From positions 1,116,001-1,180,000 of the forward strand of contig OZ316776.1 of NCBI GenBank assembly GCA_973851085.1: a DNA stretch of 64,000 nucleotides. Direction: 5' to 3'. The stretch comes from Ptychomitrium polyphyllum (Eukaryota). Below are positions 27,413-39,941 of this stretch, in pieces (position 1 is the first letter of the stretch; every line of letters starts with the position of its first letter). A program made the position numbers and the translations under genes. Below the pieces are notes generated by a model that searched no databases, was not told the DNA's origin, and saw only the letters and a list, made by a program, of their open reading frames with translations.

Positions 27413-27490
27413 GGTTGGGGGTTGCTGGGTGTGGGGATGCTGGGTGTGGGGATGCTGAGTGTGGGGATGCTGGGTGTGGGGATGCTGGGT
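27413..27490 (+). repeat. 15-bp G-rich tandem repeat upstream of the F-box gene
   Basis: About 5 copies of gtgtggggatgctgg (first copy degenerate), ending about 80 nt before the ATG at 27569. Confidence 0.92.
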
Positions 27491-27568
27491 TAGGAACGTT
27501 GTTGATAAGTTTTGGAGGATTGTGATGCAGCGGCCGTTTGTGAGTGATTCGACGGTGGTTGGCGGAAA

Positions 27569-30500
27569 ATGAGCGCGTCTCGGACGAAAAAGAAGCGGAA
27601 ACGGTTGCCTGAGCTGGGGCCGATGGCAGGGCCTAAGGGGGAGGAAATTGGGGAAGATGGGGCCATATCCAACTCCCTCGGCGACGACACAATGCTGAAC
27701 ATTCTGCAGCGAGTTCCGACGCGGGCGCTTCTCAGCGTGATGGCGCTTGTTTGCCGGCGTTGGAGACGGCTCTGCCAAGAACATTTGGTTAGTGCATTTT
27801 CAGTTGGCTTCTCTTAGCCGTTTGGTTGTGCTCCAGGATGATTTCGTAGCTTTCTTGCCTTCTTCAAATTAGGTTTCTATGCTGCGAACACAGCTGTTTG
27901 CCGTGAAATCTTCTGCCCTTGTGGAGTTCAGTTGTAGTCTATTTCAGGAGTAACAACCTGAGAGAACGGATTCATGCACGGGCTTTCTGTTTACTTGTTT
28001 TACAAGGATGTAATTGACATGTGGGAGTTGCAGGTGCACGATCTAACGCCACCACTTTACAGTACTCATGACAAGCCTTGGGGTTCCCTGGTCAGTTAAA
28101 AGATTTTCTCTTTATGTATTTTCATGTCTCGGGTATATGGTGTAGTAGTAGAGGATGTACTGATGTGGAGTAATGTTGGTTAAGTGTCGTATGTAATGGA
28201 GTAGCTGTGAGATGTTCATTTTTATATTCTTTTGGTGTTGCGGACAAGGTCATCATAAATCATTTTCTCTTTGTAGACAGACATGCAAATTATGGAGCTG
28301 GCGAAGCGGCATGGTTCCACTCTTGAGTCGATTGAATTACGCGGGTGAGCTCTCATCTGAATCACTGATGTTGCTGTTGGTATCCACTTTTGTTGCTGAT
28401 TGTCGATTACTGTGGTTGTTTCAGATTGCTAATTGAGTAGGAATATATGATTTAGAGATGTTAAAGTTACTCACGTGTAGAGGAAATTTTCTATTAACGA
28501 CTTTTGCTGCTGCTTCTTCATTTTAAATTTGATGTACGTTGTGTGGCCAGTTTGAAGCAGCTAACTGGTGATGACGTTCAAGAAATTTTTGCCAATTTGC
28601 CACGGTTGCAGCATCTAACAATCGCATCAGATCCGCCTGTCATCACTAACAATTTACAGAACCTTATGCATCAGTTGCCTGGGCAGTTAGTGACCTTGGA
28701 CCTACATACGACAGGATTCAGCGCTTCTGTTTTCTCTAATCCCAGTAGCCGGCCCTTACCTCCTTCAATCACTGATGAATTTGTAGGAGTCGTTAGTCAG
28801 AGATGTCCCCGTTTGGAACGATTGACTCTAGATGCAGATTCATTCATCAGTGAAGCTTGTTTTGATACATTACTTCAAACTTGGCCATCTCTTACCTTGT
28901 TACATATCAATAGTACTGCGCTAGGCTGGAGTTCTGTTCTTCGTTTATTTCAGTCATGTCAATCTTTGCAAGACCTATCTTTATGCTCGTCCAACTTTGC
29001 AATCCCTCCAAAAATTGACGCGGACAAAGCGGGTTACTGTGATGGGGTAGAAGTTGCAGAGATGTACGCAAGAGAAACTCTTTCAGCTTTGATGCCCAAG
29101 TCATTACTCTCTATTCGTCTGTATATAGAATTGCATGTCTCGGTGCGTTGGGATCTCATACCTGCTGAAGATCTGATGAGGTTCAAAGGATACCAACTTC
29201 GGCAGCTGCATGCCCAAAATTCTTTTCAGTTGAGCTGGCACAATATATCTGTGTGGTGTGTCAACCTCAAATCCCTGGACTTGTCACGTGCTCACCATCA
29301 CAACATCAGGCTCACTGAGGTAGGGATTGCCATCCTTTTATTTGACATAATGAAATGATGCTTCAGCGTCCATCTTGTTGTAGTGGTTCTATGTAAAAGA
29401 AGTATCCGAAAGGAGTGGATTAGCGCTGGAACCCTAGTTCACCATTTCCGTCATGGGGATCTACTCTACCTATCTAATGAAGTCCCTGTATCTGGCAGCA
29501 AGAGGATACAACACTCTGCAGATTGGTGAGGCATTTGGTCCAGCTTGAAGAGGTTGCACTCCCTGCAGCAAGTGATCGAATTCTTTCAGAACTTGGCCGC
29601 TATTGCCCTAGACTTGTGAGGCTCTTTTTCCAGGTAATATTTGATTAATCCAGGATGCTTTTAGTAGTCTCCATATGTAGTAGATTTTATGACAGCATTC
29701 AACATTGTCAGCAGATATTCATTCGCCTAACTGTGCCCCTTCTGAAATTCAGAGGAACAAAGATTGCAAAGTCCACTAAGCTAATATTAGTCCACTAAAC
29801 ATATTGGTAATTACTAGAGTTATTACTGCAGATTAGGTTTTGCTAATTGGCGAAATTGGCTTATCTACGACAATGGCATTCATCTCCGCATTGTAATTTG
29901 CAATCGTAATGTGGTGTAATTGCTGATTTGACACAACGGCAATTTTGAATACTGACAACCTCTAGGCCCATCGTAGTTCTGATATGTGCTGGAGTGCATT
30001 TCATCAGGGTTGGAGAATGCAGAGAGCGGGGCCACTAACGAAACAGTTGAATGTCACTGATCGTGGTGTCATATCCTTAGCAGAGGGTTGCCCTGACCTC
30101 CGTGTTTTAAGCCTTGGAGGTTGCAACAAAATCTCCACCTCTTCCATCAGGTACGTGATCTTCTTGCTCTCTTGGTTTAAAAAAAATCAAGACTTGTACC
30201 TGGATTGCGCTGCAGAGTGTGGGGACACTCCTGAGATTTATATATAGCTGAGAAAATGATTTGGAATGAGAAACGGTATTAAAGACAAAGGATTGCCTTG
30301 CAGGATACTGACGTTCCACTGTAGGAAGATTGAGGTGCTGGAGCTTACTGGCTGCACAGCCTTGACAGACGATGCCATTCAGATACTATTTGAACGACTT
30401 GGTTCCTCATTGCTGCTTCTAGATTTACTTAACTGCACTAAGTTGACTTCAGGTGTCATGCGAATGGTGTTCAATTGTGCTCTGGTTGGTTTCAGAGCTT

Positions 30501-30960
30501 TACTCCAGTTATCAGTGTGAATTAATGTTCCTTCATGGTCGTATTCAATGTATATCCTAATGGTCTGAATATCTCACATGCTTAGTGTATTCTCGATTCT
30601 TTGGTTCACGACTTACTAATTTGATCCATGATCTATCTACGTTCAGAGGAATAAATAGCACTTCATATTCAATTTTTAAATTTTAATTACACGTCCCTTC
30701 TTGGATTTAGTTTTTCTCTTTTCGCAAATTTGGTGTCTGGTCGATTTTGATTGCTCATGTGCATCTGTGCTGTTGGCTGATTACAGGCCCAGAGTATAAG
30801 CCTGCGTGTGCTGACCATTCCGAACTCGATCAAAGGTACAAATCGATCAGTGTTGTCCCAGCTGAACAAACTCCTGCCGTTCCTTAGTATCAGAGGGAAC
30901 CACAACGGATTGCACTGGGACGGATTCTATCATTGTCCACCTTGGAGTTATTGCAGCTAA
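27569..30960 (+). CDS. F-box/LRR-repeat (RNI-like) protein
   Basis: Exons 27569-27787, 28034-28090, 28277-28344, 28551-29319, 29499-29633, 30008-30150, 30304-30484, 30787-30960. N-terminal NLS-like KKKRKR, F-box (LGDDTMLNILQRV...ALVCRRWRRLC) and AMN1-type LRRs (CPRLERLTL, VTDRGVISLAEGCPDLRVLSLGGCNKIS, LELTGCTALTDDAI). Confidence 0.88.
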
Positions 30961-32034
30961 AACCTCCTTGGAGCATTTATTTTACAAGTCTTCATCTGAA
31001 TCCACATAGAATATGACTGTGTTGTATATAGTACACTGTTTATAGTCTAGGGACGAGACTAAGTTAGTGGCCCTTGCAGATTCACCTACCTTGTGGAACA
31101 CAATGATGTCAATTTGCAGTGAATTAAAAAGCTTTTAGGCCGTGTATACTGTTGTGTGTGGTATACTGCCAATACATCTTGTTACCGCTAAAAACCCGTC
31201 TATAAATGGTTGAATTTACTTCTATTCCCAGATAATTAGTGTGAATAGGAATTTTAGCGTGCCAACCGAATTTCTCTTCAACCTCAACTTGGCAAAAGTG
31301 TTGTGGTATAACAACTAGAAGACAGGTTTAACTTCAGATTATATTTCAAAGGCAACACTAAGATTCTCGCTTACACCACCAGCGGGGTTTCGTCATCAAA
31401 GCTGTATCTTCCTCTTCACACACGGACTTGCACTTGCTGCCAACCTGGAAAATCTAGGGCTTGGGTTTTACTAGAGGTCGCTGCGAATTGAAGCTAGAGG
31501 GACGAATGATGATTCCTGCTTTGCAAGTTTACTTTCTCGTGACTGACTTTCTTAGGGCTTTAAGGAAATTCGCCGATTTACTGCGAGAGAGCGTAACTGG
31601 AGAGCTCTGTTTTCGAGCATTTCAACGTATTCTACGAAGTACTTGATGAATAGTTGAAGGGTGATCGCACAGATATAGCGTCTCGGGTCAACAAGCTAGC
31701 TTTTGAAGCACATGAACTTTTGAGTGGCTCGTGGGGTTTGGATCATCGGATCTCGCAGTTTCATACTTAGAGGTTCAAGCCTTTGGCCCCGTTGGAGACG
31801 AGGATAACACGATTTGAATAACTTATTGTGCAAACGCAGCCTGTGCCTGCACGTGAGCAGGCTGTCGGAGTCGGCGAGCCCAGATTCTATGGGGCCCCAC
31901 CTGCCCTGCCTTCTTTTGAAAGTGACACTTCTATGATAATGATCCTTGTTTGGTGATCCAACCCTTCTAACTTCTTTCCACACTTGAGCTGTCGTGCTGC
32001 TCGTGCATTGCAATCCGTTGCGTTGCCAGCAGCC

Positions 32035-35000
32035 ATGGCCACCCCCGCTGTGCTACTGATGCTGCTCCTGCTCCCCTTCCTCAGCTCCCTCGCTGCACCT
32101 GCGTTCCTGCGCTTGCCCTTGGCGCACTCCTCCTCCTACGTCACGCAGGAGCCCTTCTGGTTTTCCCAGCGCCTCGACCACTTCGCCTCGCAGGACCGCC
32201 GCTCGTTCCCCCAGCGCTACTATCACTTTCAATCCTACTTCCACAACCCCCACGCCCCTATCTTTCTGCGCATCTGTGGCGAGGGCACCTGCTCCGGGAT
32301 TTCCAATGACTACCTTGCGGTCTGCTATGCCTCTTGTTCATCCATTCACTCATTGCGTTGCCCTCTTCTGTCACCTCCTACTGCTGCTTCTTCTCCTTAC
32401 CGGGTCGTACTTTTGGTTTTCCTCAAAAAATTTAGGTCGTACTTCTGGTGTTCCAGGTGCTGGCAAAGCAATTCGGAGCAGCCATAGTGTGTCTGGAGCA
32501 TCGGTATTATGGCGAGAGCTCCCCATTTGAGGAGCTGACGACTGACAATCTCAAGTATTTGTCATCTAAGCAGGCTCTTTTTGATTTGGCTGCCTTTCGC
32601 AGTTTCTATCAGGTATGTTTTCCACGTTTTGCCATTTCGATCATAGGCCAGTTTGCCTGCCTGATAGGCTGCATTGGAGGAGTTTGATGCCATACACTTG
32701 TCCATTCGGAATGTGGGAGTGCACTTATTGTTCGTGCTTGAAGAGCCTTGGAGAGGGAATTTGGAACCAGCATTGAACGAGACTTGAAAACCCATCGTCA
32801 GACATCTCATCTTTTGTCAATGTTCTAGTGCAGGATCTCGTCAACAAGCAATTCAATAGGACAACCGGAGAAGACAATCCGTGGTTTGTTTTTGGAGTAT
32901 CGTACCCCGGGGCCTTGAGTGCATGGTTTCGGTTGAAGTTTCCACATCTGGTCCGTGGTAGTCTTTCAAGCTCAGGAGTTGTTCTGGCGGTCCACAGTTA
33001 CACTGCGTTTGACGAACAGGCACGCTCCTTCAATTTCGGTTGTATGAAATTTTCACTTGCGATTACCGTAGCGATATTTTTTCGTGATTTAATAGGAGGC
33101 GTGCAGCGCTGAACTGTAGCATATGGTCTGGATGGATATTTCTTTACTTACTGGATATTAAAATTGAAAACGCATCGTCTCAGATTGCAGCATCGGCAGG
33201 ACCAGCATGTGCAAGTGCACTTCGTGAAGTGACTCGACGGGTGGACATTGAATTGGCCAGCAATCCTCTCAAAATCAAGTCACTGTTTGGAGTGGAACAG
33301 GTCTGTACTTCTCTCTTATACTCTCTAGGCACTAGGTGTTCTTCGTTTTGATAGCATGGATATCCTGTTTTTTTGTTTAATTTGAATGAACAGCTCCTAT
33401 GCATCAACATAAAACTTCTGCGCGAGCTGAATGAACAGCTCTTAGTGACGCAATGCCTGGTTTCCTGCAGCAACTGAGTTCACTTGAAATCACCATAATC
33501 ACATTACACATGTACGACCGTAGATGCTTATGGCAGCGTCCTGGTTTTCTTCGACCAAATATGAAAAACGTAATGCTTCATCTCCAATCTAGTATAAGTT
33601 GTGATGATGACTGATCTAGTGCAACATTGTTTGGTGAAGATCAAAAACGATGGAGACTTTCGCTATTTGCTTGCCGATGCAGCAGCAGAAGCTGTAAGTT
33701 GTTTCTGTCTGAATTGCATCATTGAAAGTATAAATGCTTTTTAAGTTTTCAAATAGGGTTTTCGAAAAACTCACCTGTAATTCTAAACTTGTTAAATTTG
33801 GTGGCTTATGTTGCAGGCAGATGTCATTTTTTACTCATTCTTCTAATGTTGGAAGAGCTCCCTTATCAATTTAAAGCCACACATATGTACACATCCTCTC
33901 ATTCTTGTGATTGAAACTTGTGCTATATCTTGCAGTTCCAGTATGGCAACCCCGACATCCTTTGTCTTCCGCTTGTAGCCGCACATGCGCCGGGTCAAGG
34001 TCAAGATGTGGTGGTAATACTACACCATCCGTTGTTACCCTGTGTGTTCTTTGCATTGCCAGCATTGTTCACTTCCATGCGTAGCTTTCCAAATAAGCTC
34101 AGCCTCTCAGTGCATATAATACTTATCAGTTAGCAGTATTTAGCGGACGAATGAAAACCAACCACTTTCAGGGTCAAATTTAGGAATTTTCGGTTGGGAC
34201 AGTAACCTACGCCTCAATGCAATCCTTTTAGATCAGTTCCGTAAGGTCACAGCATTCTTGTATCAAAATGTGGTTGTAATATTATACGTTTGTCTCGATA
34301 TTGCTATTCATTCGTTATCTGTTAGTTGACAATGTCACGGTCCGTCAGCATTCGAACAACCTTGTTTGTAGCAGGAAAGTCTTTGGCGAACTTGCGAGAC
34401 TCCAGGTTATATAGCTGGTTGAAGGTGGTGCTATTATTTTTTTCTGAGCCTAATCCATTACCATGCATGGTATTGCAGGCTGCATATGCTGAATATGTGA
34501 AAACATTTTTTTTTGGCACCTTTGGTGCAAGTCCTCTAAGCTACGACCAAGAGTATCTGAAACTAACTAAATCTGGGCCCGATTCTGGTGAGTACAAGAA
34601 TCATTAATTTCGTAGCCGAGGCTGTATTGGTTGAAGAAGAGCCTTTTCAAATTTTTAAGTATGGTTTGCACGTGACCGTTGTAGATTGTCGTTCTTGTTT
34701 TATTTAATTTAAGTAGTGTTACTGTGGTCATGGAAGTACAATTTATTATTTCTACATATTTATTCTCTTGGCTTCATAAATCCTTGTGCTGTAACTACAA
34801 GATTTGTGATCGTTTCCAGGTGATCGTCAATGGTGGTACCAAGTGTGCACGGAAGTTGCATACTTTCAGGTTGCACCTTCGCAGAACAGCATTCGCTCCC
34901 CTGGCGTAGATGAGAAGTGAGCAACGTTTTTAACACGTACTTCTTCAGTCTGAAAGATGCAGTTAGAAGTCGCGGACAAGCTTTTTGCATGCAAAATGGA

Positions 35001-36056
35001 CCTTAAGTCAGGGAGAAGTAGTGGAAGGTTTAGTTTAGCTGGGTATGTAAATATGCTGATCATACAACTTGGGGCGGTAGTACTGTTCCAGGCATGTGAG
35101 TGATTATATACTTGTCTGACTCTGCTGGCAGGTATCATCTGGACTTATGCGCAAATGTGTTCGGAAATGGTACATATCCAGAAGTTGACATCACAAATCT
35201 TTACTATGGCGGGTCTGGAATCAGAGGTATTACACTTCAACATTCAAAAGCAGCGTGCGGTCCCATCGAAGTTTACAGGATGCACATGGTGATGTTGAAG
35301 TGATGTGGAACATTTTCAATCTACAGGAACGTGAGGCATCACAAGCATATGAGGCATGTTCTGTAATAGCCTGTGCTAGCCACTGTAGGCAGATACTGTG
35401 CAGGTAGGTCGCCTAAAACTTCTGATGGGAATGCGACTCTGACATGGTGTATTTGATTTGGCCTGACGTGCAGCGACAAATGTTTTCTTCACAAATGGCT
35501 CTCAGGATCCATGGCGCCACGCTTCGAAGCAGAGTTCATCACCCGGGGGTGAGTGGCAGGGAGATAGATAGAGAGAATGCTGCGTGGTTTGCATGAGCGG
35601 GTTTGGGAAGCGGAGTAGAGAGACAGAGAAGAGTGTATTATCCCTCTTGGCATGCACTTTCTAATCAGGTTGAGGAAACATGTTGCTTGTGTGGAGCAGA
35701 GCCTGCAATCAACATTTCGTGTCATAACTGTGGGCATGGATCGGATCTGCGGGGTTGCCCACAGTCACCTTTTCAAATTGAAGGTATGGGATTTCGGACT
35801 CTCAACTCTGAACCCTCGCAGCTGTCATGTGCTGATAAGGTACCCATAGCAACTGGCCAGGGTGACTTTGGTGATATTGGTGATTTTTTGTCTTGACTGA
35901 CTGACCGACTCAGTTTCTGACTAAGTTCATCTGCTGTTGGTATCAGGGGATGCCACCAAGTGTGCCAAGCCCTATGAAGTGCACAGAGCCAGGCAACAAC
36001 TTGCGGACTACATTCGCATGTGGCTCCACAACAAAGACTCTCCCTCCACCCTTTGA
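32035..36056 (+). CDS. EDA2: Serine carboxypeptidase S28 family (EDA2-like), secreted
   Basis: Twelve exons: 32035-32319, 32457-32612, 32834-33019, 33184-33300, 33640-33693, 33936-34013, 34479-34587, 34820-34916, 35132-35226, 35474-35548, 35700-35783, 35947-36056. Signal peptide, QRLDHF, LEHRYYGES, nucleophile GVSYPG, WWYQVCTE, NGSQDPW and CGHGSDL are present. Confidence 0.93.
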
Positions 36057-37750
36057 AGCCTCGTTCCCACTACTGACTCTTCAGCCGGGGTCCGGTCTTC
36101 AAAACAGGGAGTTTAGCTTCTGCTCAACTCTTGTCATGGCATTCCCATCGTCTGTAGAAATGATAACTGGAGCCTTTCGTAGCATGTTCAATCTTTAGGT
36201 GTAAAATAATGAGGATAGTGCAGGTGTAACATTTGTGTATTTCTTGTCCACTTGCAAATATTATTCTCACTGACTGGAGCCTCTTTCATGTAATCCAGGC
36301 ACTCAGTTCATAAAAACGTTAAGTTTTTGAATCTTTGTTTTATCAAGGACATGATTTGCTAAATGGCAGCACCCTATAGGGAGCCTCGGGACTTCGTAAG
36401 TTGGCAAACACCAACTTGAAATACTAACTTTCAGAATACCAACTTGAAGTTCCTATCTTATAAACACTTCCACAGCTATGGTAACTTAGAAATGCATGAA
36501 ATGAACTTAGTAGGGATCAACTACAGTATCTCCACTTTATTTTGGGGGCACATATCAAAACGCATGGAAAAGAACGGAGACTATTGCTGTGTTTTGTTAT
36601 ACATTCCAATGACCCCATACAATTGCCATATATAATATTTTACATAAAATTTGGATTTGCTACCATGTCCTAGATGGAAATTGGAATATAATTCATGAAA
36701 TATTGTATGAGTAAGCAAAACCTATTCCCTACAATTTGTTTTGCAAAACAGCATTTCTTAAAGTTTGAGTGTATGTTTATTTTGAAATTAACAAAAGGAT
36801 GAATTATAAGTGGCATTTTATGGTGGTTTTAAATTATATTTTATAGCATGGAAGAAAATAAATTGCTCTTATAGTTTCTCACTTTCTTAAGCAAGAGTAC
36901 ATTTTATAAAGTTTGCTATTTATACCGTTAGATGAATATTCTTGTTAAAACAAAGCTACATAAAATATTTCAGTTGGAGGACATATAAAAAGTAGCCTTT
37001 TATAAAATATTCTTCTTGTGTAAAGATTATATCATTTGAAAATCTAGTATGACTAGCACTGTTTCTTTAAAGTAATAATGTTCTTTAAAATTGTTCACAC
37101 AAAGCACCACAAAAACTACATTCATCCAACATTAAAATAAATCCAAGTGATTAATTTCCATATGGTATCTATTAGTTTAAAAAAAAACTACACAAATTCC
37201 ATACAGTTATGTATAAAGTAATTTCAAAATAACAAAAACTTCAACAACAAAAAAAAAAAAAAAGTCAAGATGAAGATCAATGGAGAGCAAAGTGGAAGAG
37301 AGCAAAGTTGGAGCCAGAGCGCGGTTTCAGGAGATTCTGAGTGTTGGAACCGTCTATGTAATGGATTGAGACTTAGCGGAGTGAAAAGTAAACATAGTCA
37401 TTAGGTGCATTCACGAAGAACCAAAATGGCGGCCTTCAAGCTTCTGTTGAGGCGGATTTGTTCTCCAATCTCTTAGCACTGAAGAGAACGTGGTCTTCTG
37501 TTGGGCCGAGCAAGCCGAGCAAGCCCAGTTTCCAAGTTTTGCATGAATATGGTCGAAGGTGCTTTTGGCTAGGGTTTTTGCTTGTCCTGTCAGTGGAAGG
37601 AGCAGTGTTCAACAGAATTGTTGATAAACAGACAGGATTTCCAGATGCGGTCGTAAACCCTAAATACCGTTGCATAGTGTTACTGCATTATGCAACCTGT
37701 GTGCATGTATTGGGTCTTGGGATGTCCTGTATGCCGATCTGACTGCCTCA

Positions 37751-37768
37751 GTTGTTGTTGTTGTTGTT
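37751..37768. repeat. (GTT)6 microsatellite in the GSH2 5' region
   Basis: gttgttgttgttgttgtt read directly. Confidence 0.85.
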
Positions 37769-38138
37769 ACTGCGGTGTGTGGGGCAGGTTGAGGATGCAG
37801 CTGATCGACGGACTGTGAAACATGCAAAGCCTCGTTTCTGACGTTCATGAACTGCGTCTGAATTGCGTTCCAGCAGTGAGCAGGGCAGTGTGACTGTATT
37901 GTGTGCATCAGTGATACGATTAGGTGAGCTTTGGTCCTAAAGATGCGATACAGGACGTTGCATCTTCAATTGTTTGATGTGTGCAAGTTATGAGCAATTA
38001 TCAGATCTTGGTAGTGCCATATCGTTTGGTAGACCGCTGCATATTTTGAAGCTCATGTGGTGTTCTGAGATTGTACTATATCATAGTGGTGATATTCGGT
38101 CTGTTTTTTATGGCATTCCTCAGGTGTGCCGCGTTTTG

Positions 38139-39941
38139 ATGGCATCCCTGTGTACATTCCAGATGCATTCCCGGTACTGTCTCCATTTTGCTCCTGCTCT
38201 ATCTTCAGAATCCGATATTCTTTCAGCTCCGTTGACCTCACTGCTGAGTGGTGCTCCTCAATCAAGAGATGGGCACCTGCGGTGTTCTTCTCTTGAAAGT
38301 CAAGTAATTCGGGGTAGCTGTAGTGGGAATTTTTCTGCTCTTTCTTCAGCAGTTGGAAGAAAATCAGAATCAGGACTAGGCTGGAGTGCAGGCGCGAGTA
38401 GGGGAAGATTACAGGGTAGAACAGGACAGCGGCCAGGTTTAGGGTTAATACCGAGGGGAATTGCAGGTGTAGCAACAGAAGCCACGATGGGAGATGACCG
38501 AACTTCTGGTGAAGGCCACAAGATTGGCTCAGTGGAGGAGTTGCCAAAAGAACTCGCAGAGGAAGTTGTGCGAGAGGCACTTGTTTGGGCCAGCTTGCAT
38601 GGGGCCGTGGTGGGCGACAAGAGCCACGAAAGGTCAGGCACTTCTCCTGGCGTGGGTATGATGCATGTGCCACTAGCCCTGTTGCCCACGCCCTTTTCAA
38701 GGCCAGCATTCACCCAAGCCCTTGATCTCGCCACTCACTACAACATCCTTGTGGATCGTGTTAGTCAAGACAGTCGTTTCCTTCATCAAGCTCTTGCGCA
38801 AACACGAAGGGCAGACAGCTTCACAGCAAGGATTATGGATATCTATGACAAGGTACTTGCAGAAGGCATAACGCAAGACATACAGCTTGGGCTACACCGA
38901 AGCGATTATATGTTAGACATTGCTACTGGAGCCTTGCTGCAGGTAGAGATGAACACAATCTCATCGTCCTTTGCAGGTCTCGGGTCTTTAACAAGCAAAC
39001 TGCACAGATACCTAGTTGGTCGATTTGGACAAGAATTGGGCCTTAGTATTGAGAATGTACCAGACAACAGTGCAGCAGATGATTTTGCGGAGGGTTTGGG
39101 TAAGGCTTGGTTGGAATATGGCGACCCAGATGCAGTTGTGCTGACGATAGTACACGGAAACGAGACTAACATGTATGACCAACATTGGCTCAGTTTCAAG
39201 CTGTATGAATCGTTTGGTGCCAAAGTGATCCGACGGACTTTTGCAGAAGTCAAGTCGGAGGCCAAGCTTAATGACAAACGGACATTGTTTATTGGGGAGC
39301 AACCAATAGGCGTGGTGTACTACAGATCAGGGTACTCTCCAGATGACTACCTCTCAGAGGGTGACTGGGATGCCAGGCTGCTGATGGAGAGATCAACTGC
39401 CGTCAAGTGTCCAAGCATCTCATATCACCTTGTAGGGGTCAAGAAAATCCAACAAGAGCTTGCAAAACCTGGAGTACTAGAGCGGTTTTTGCAGGACAAG
39501 GGAGTGGTGGCTAAGTTGAGGGAATCTTTTGCAGGTCTGTGGAGCCTGGAAGCTGACGGTAGTGGTCAGATCCTTGAGGAAGCTGTTGCTAAACCTGAAG
39601 GTTTTGTACTGAAACCACAACGTGAAGGAGGTGGCAACAATATTTATGGTAAAGATGTCGCAACAACCGTTAAGAAACTGAAGCAAGAGGAGTTAGCAGG
39701 GTACATATTAATGCAACGCATTTTCCCTTCTGTCAACGATTCTTACCTTGTTCGAGATGGTGTCTGGAGAACAGCGAAGACGATCTCTGAGCTTGGAATC
39801 TTTGGCACTTACTTGAGGAACGGAAAGAGAGAGGTTCTGAACAAGCAAGCTGGACATCTTATACGTAGCAAAGTTTCCGACTCAGATGAAGGTGGTGTAG
39901 CTGCCGGGTATGGCGTTCTTGACAGCCCCTACCTCGTGTAA
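38139..39941 (+). CDS. GSH2: Eukaryotic glutathione synthetase, intronless CDS, with N-terminal transit peptide
   Basis: Single uninterrupted ORF. Motifs GLHRSDYM, QVEMNTISSSF, NMYDQ, YYRSGYSPDDY, KCPSISYHLVGVKKIQQEL, KPQREGGGNN, YILMQRIFP, SELGIFG and EGGVAAGYGVLDS. ATG 38139 follows a 5'UTR intron (37924-38123); a second in-frame ATG lies at 38487. Confidence 0.97.
   Translation: MASLCTFQMHSRYCLHFAPALSSESDILSAPLTSLLSGAPQSRDGHLRCSSLESQVIRGSCSGNFSALSSAVGRKSESGLGWSAGASRGRLQGRTGQRPGLGLIPRGIAGVATEATMGDDRTSGEGHKIGSVEELPKELAEEVVREALVWASLHGAVVGDKSHERSGTSPGVGMMHVPLALLPTPFSRPAFTQALDLATHYNILVDRVSQDSRFLHQALAQTRRADSFTARIMDIYDKVLAEGITQDIQLGLHRSDYMLDIATGALLQVEMNTISSSFAGLGSLTSKLHRYLVGRFGQELGLSIENVPDNSAADDFAEGLGKAWLEYGDPDAVVLTIVHGNETNMYDQHWLSFKLYESFGAKVIRRTFAEVKSEAKLNDKRTLFIGEQPIGVVYYRSGYSPDDYLSEGDWDARLLMERSTAVKCPSISYHLVGVKKIQQELAKPGVLERFLQDKGVVAKLRESFAGLWSLEADGSGQILEEAVAKPEGFVLKPQREGGGNNIYGKDVATTVKKLKQEELAGYILMQRIFPSVNDSYLVRDGVWRTAKTISELGIFGTYLRNGKREVLNKQAGHLIRSKVSDSDEGGVAAGYGVLDSPYLV

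Noticed and set aside
33601..33616. C/D-box-like words (GTGATGA, CTGA) in an S28 intron
   Set aside because: Boxes are only a few nt apart with no guide region or terminal stem, so not a snoRNA.
37974..38138. ORF-track N-terminal extension of GSH2 (655 aa)
   Set aside because: Lies within a GT-AG 5'UTR intron (37924-38123); ATG 38139 is the plausible start.
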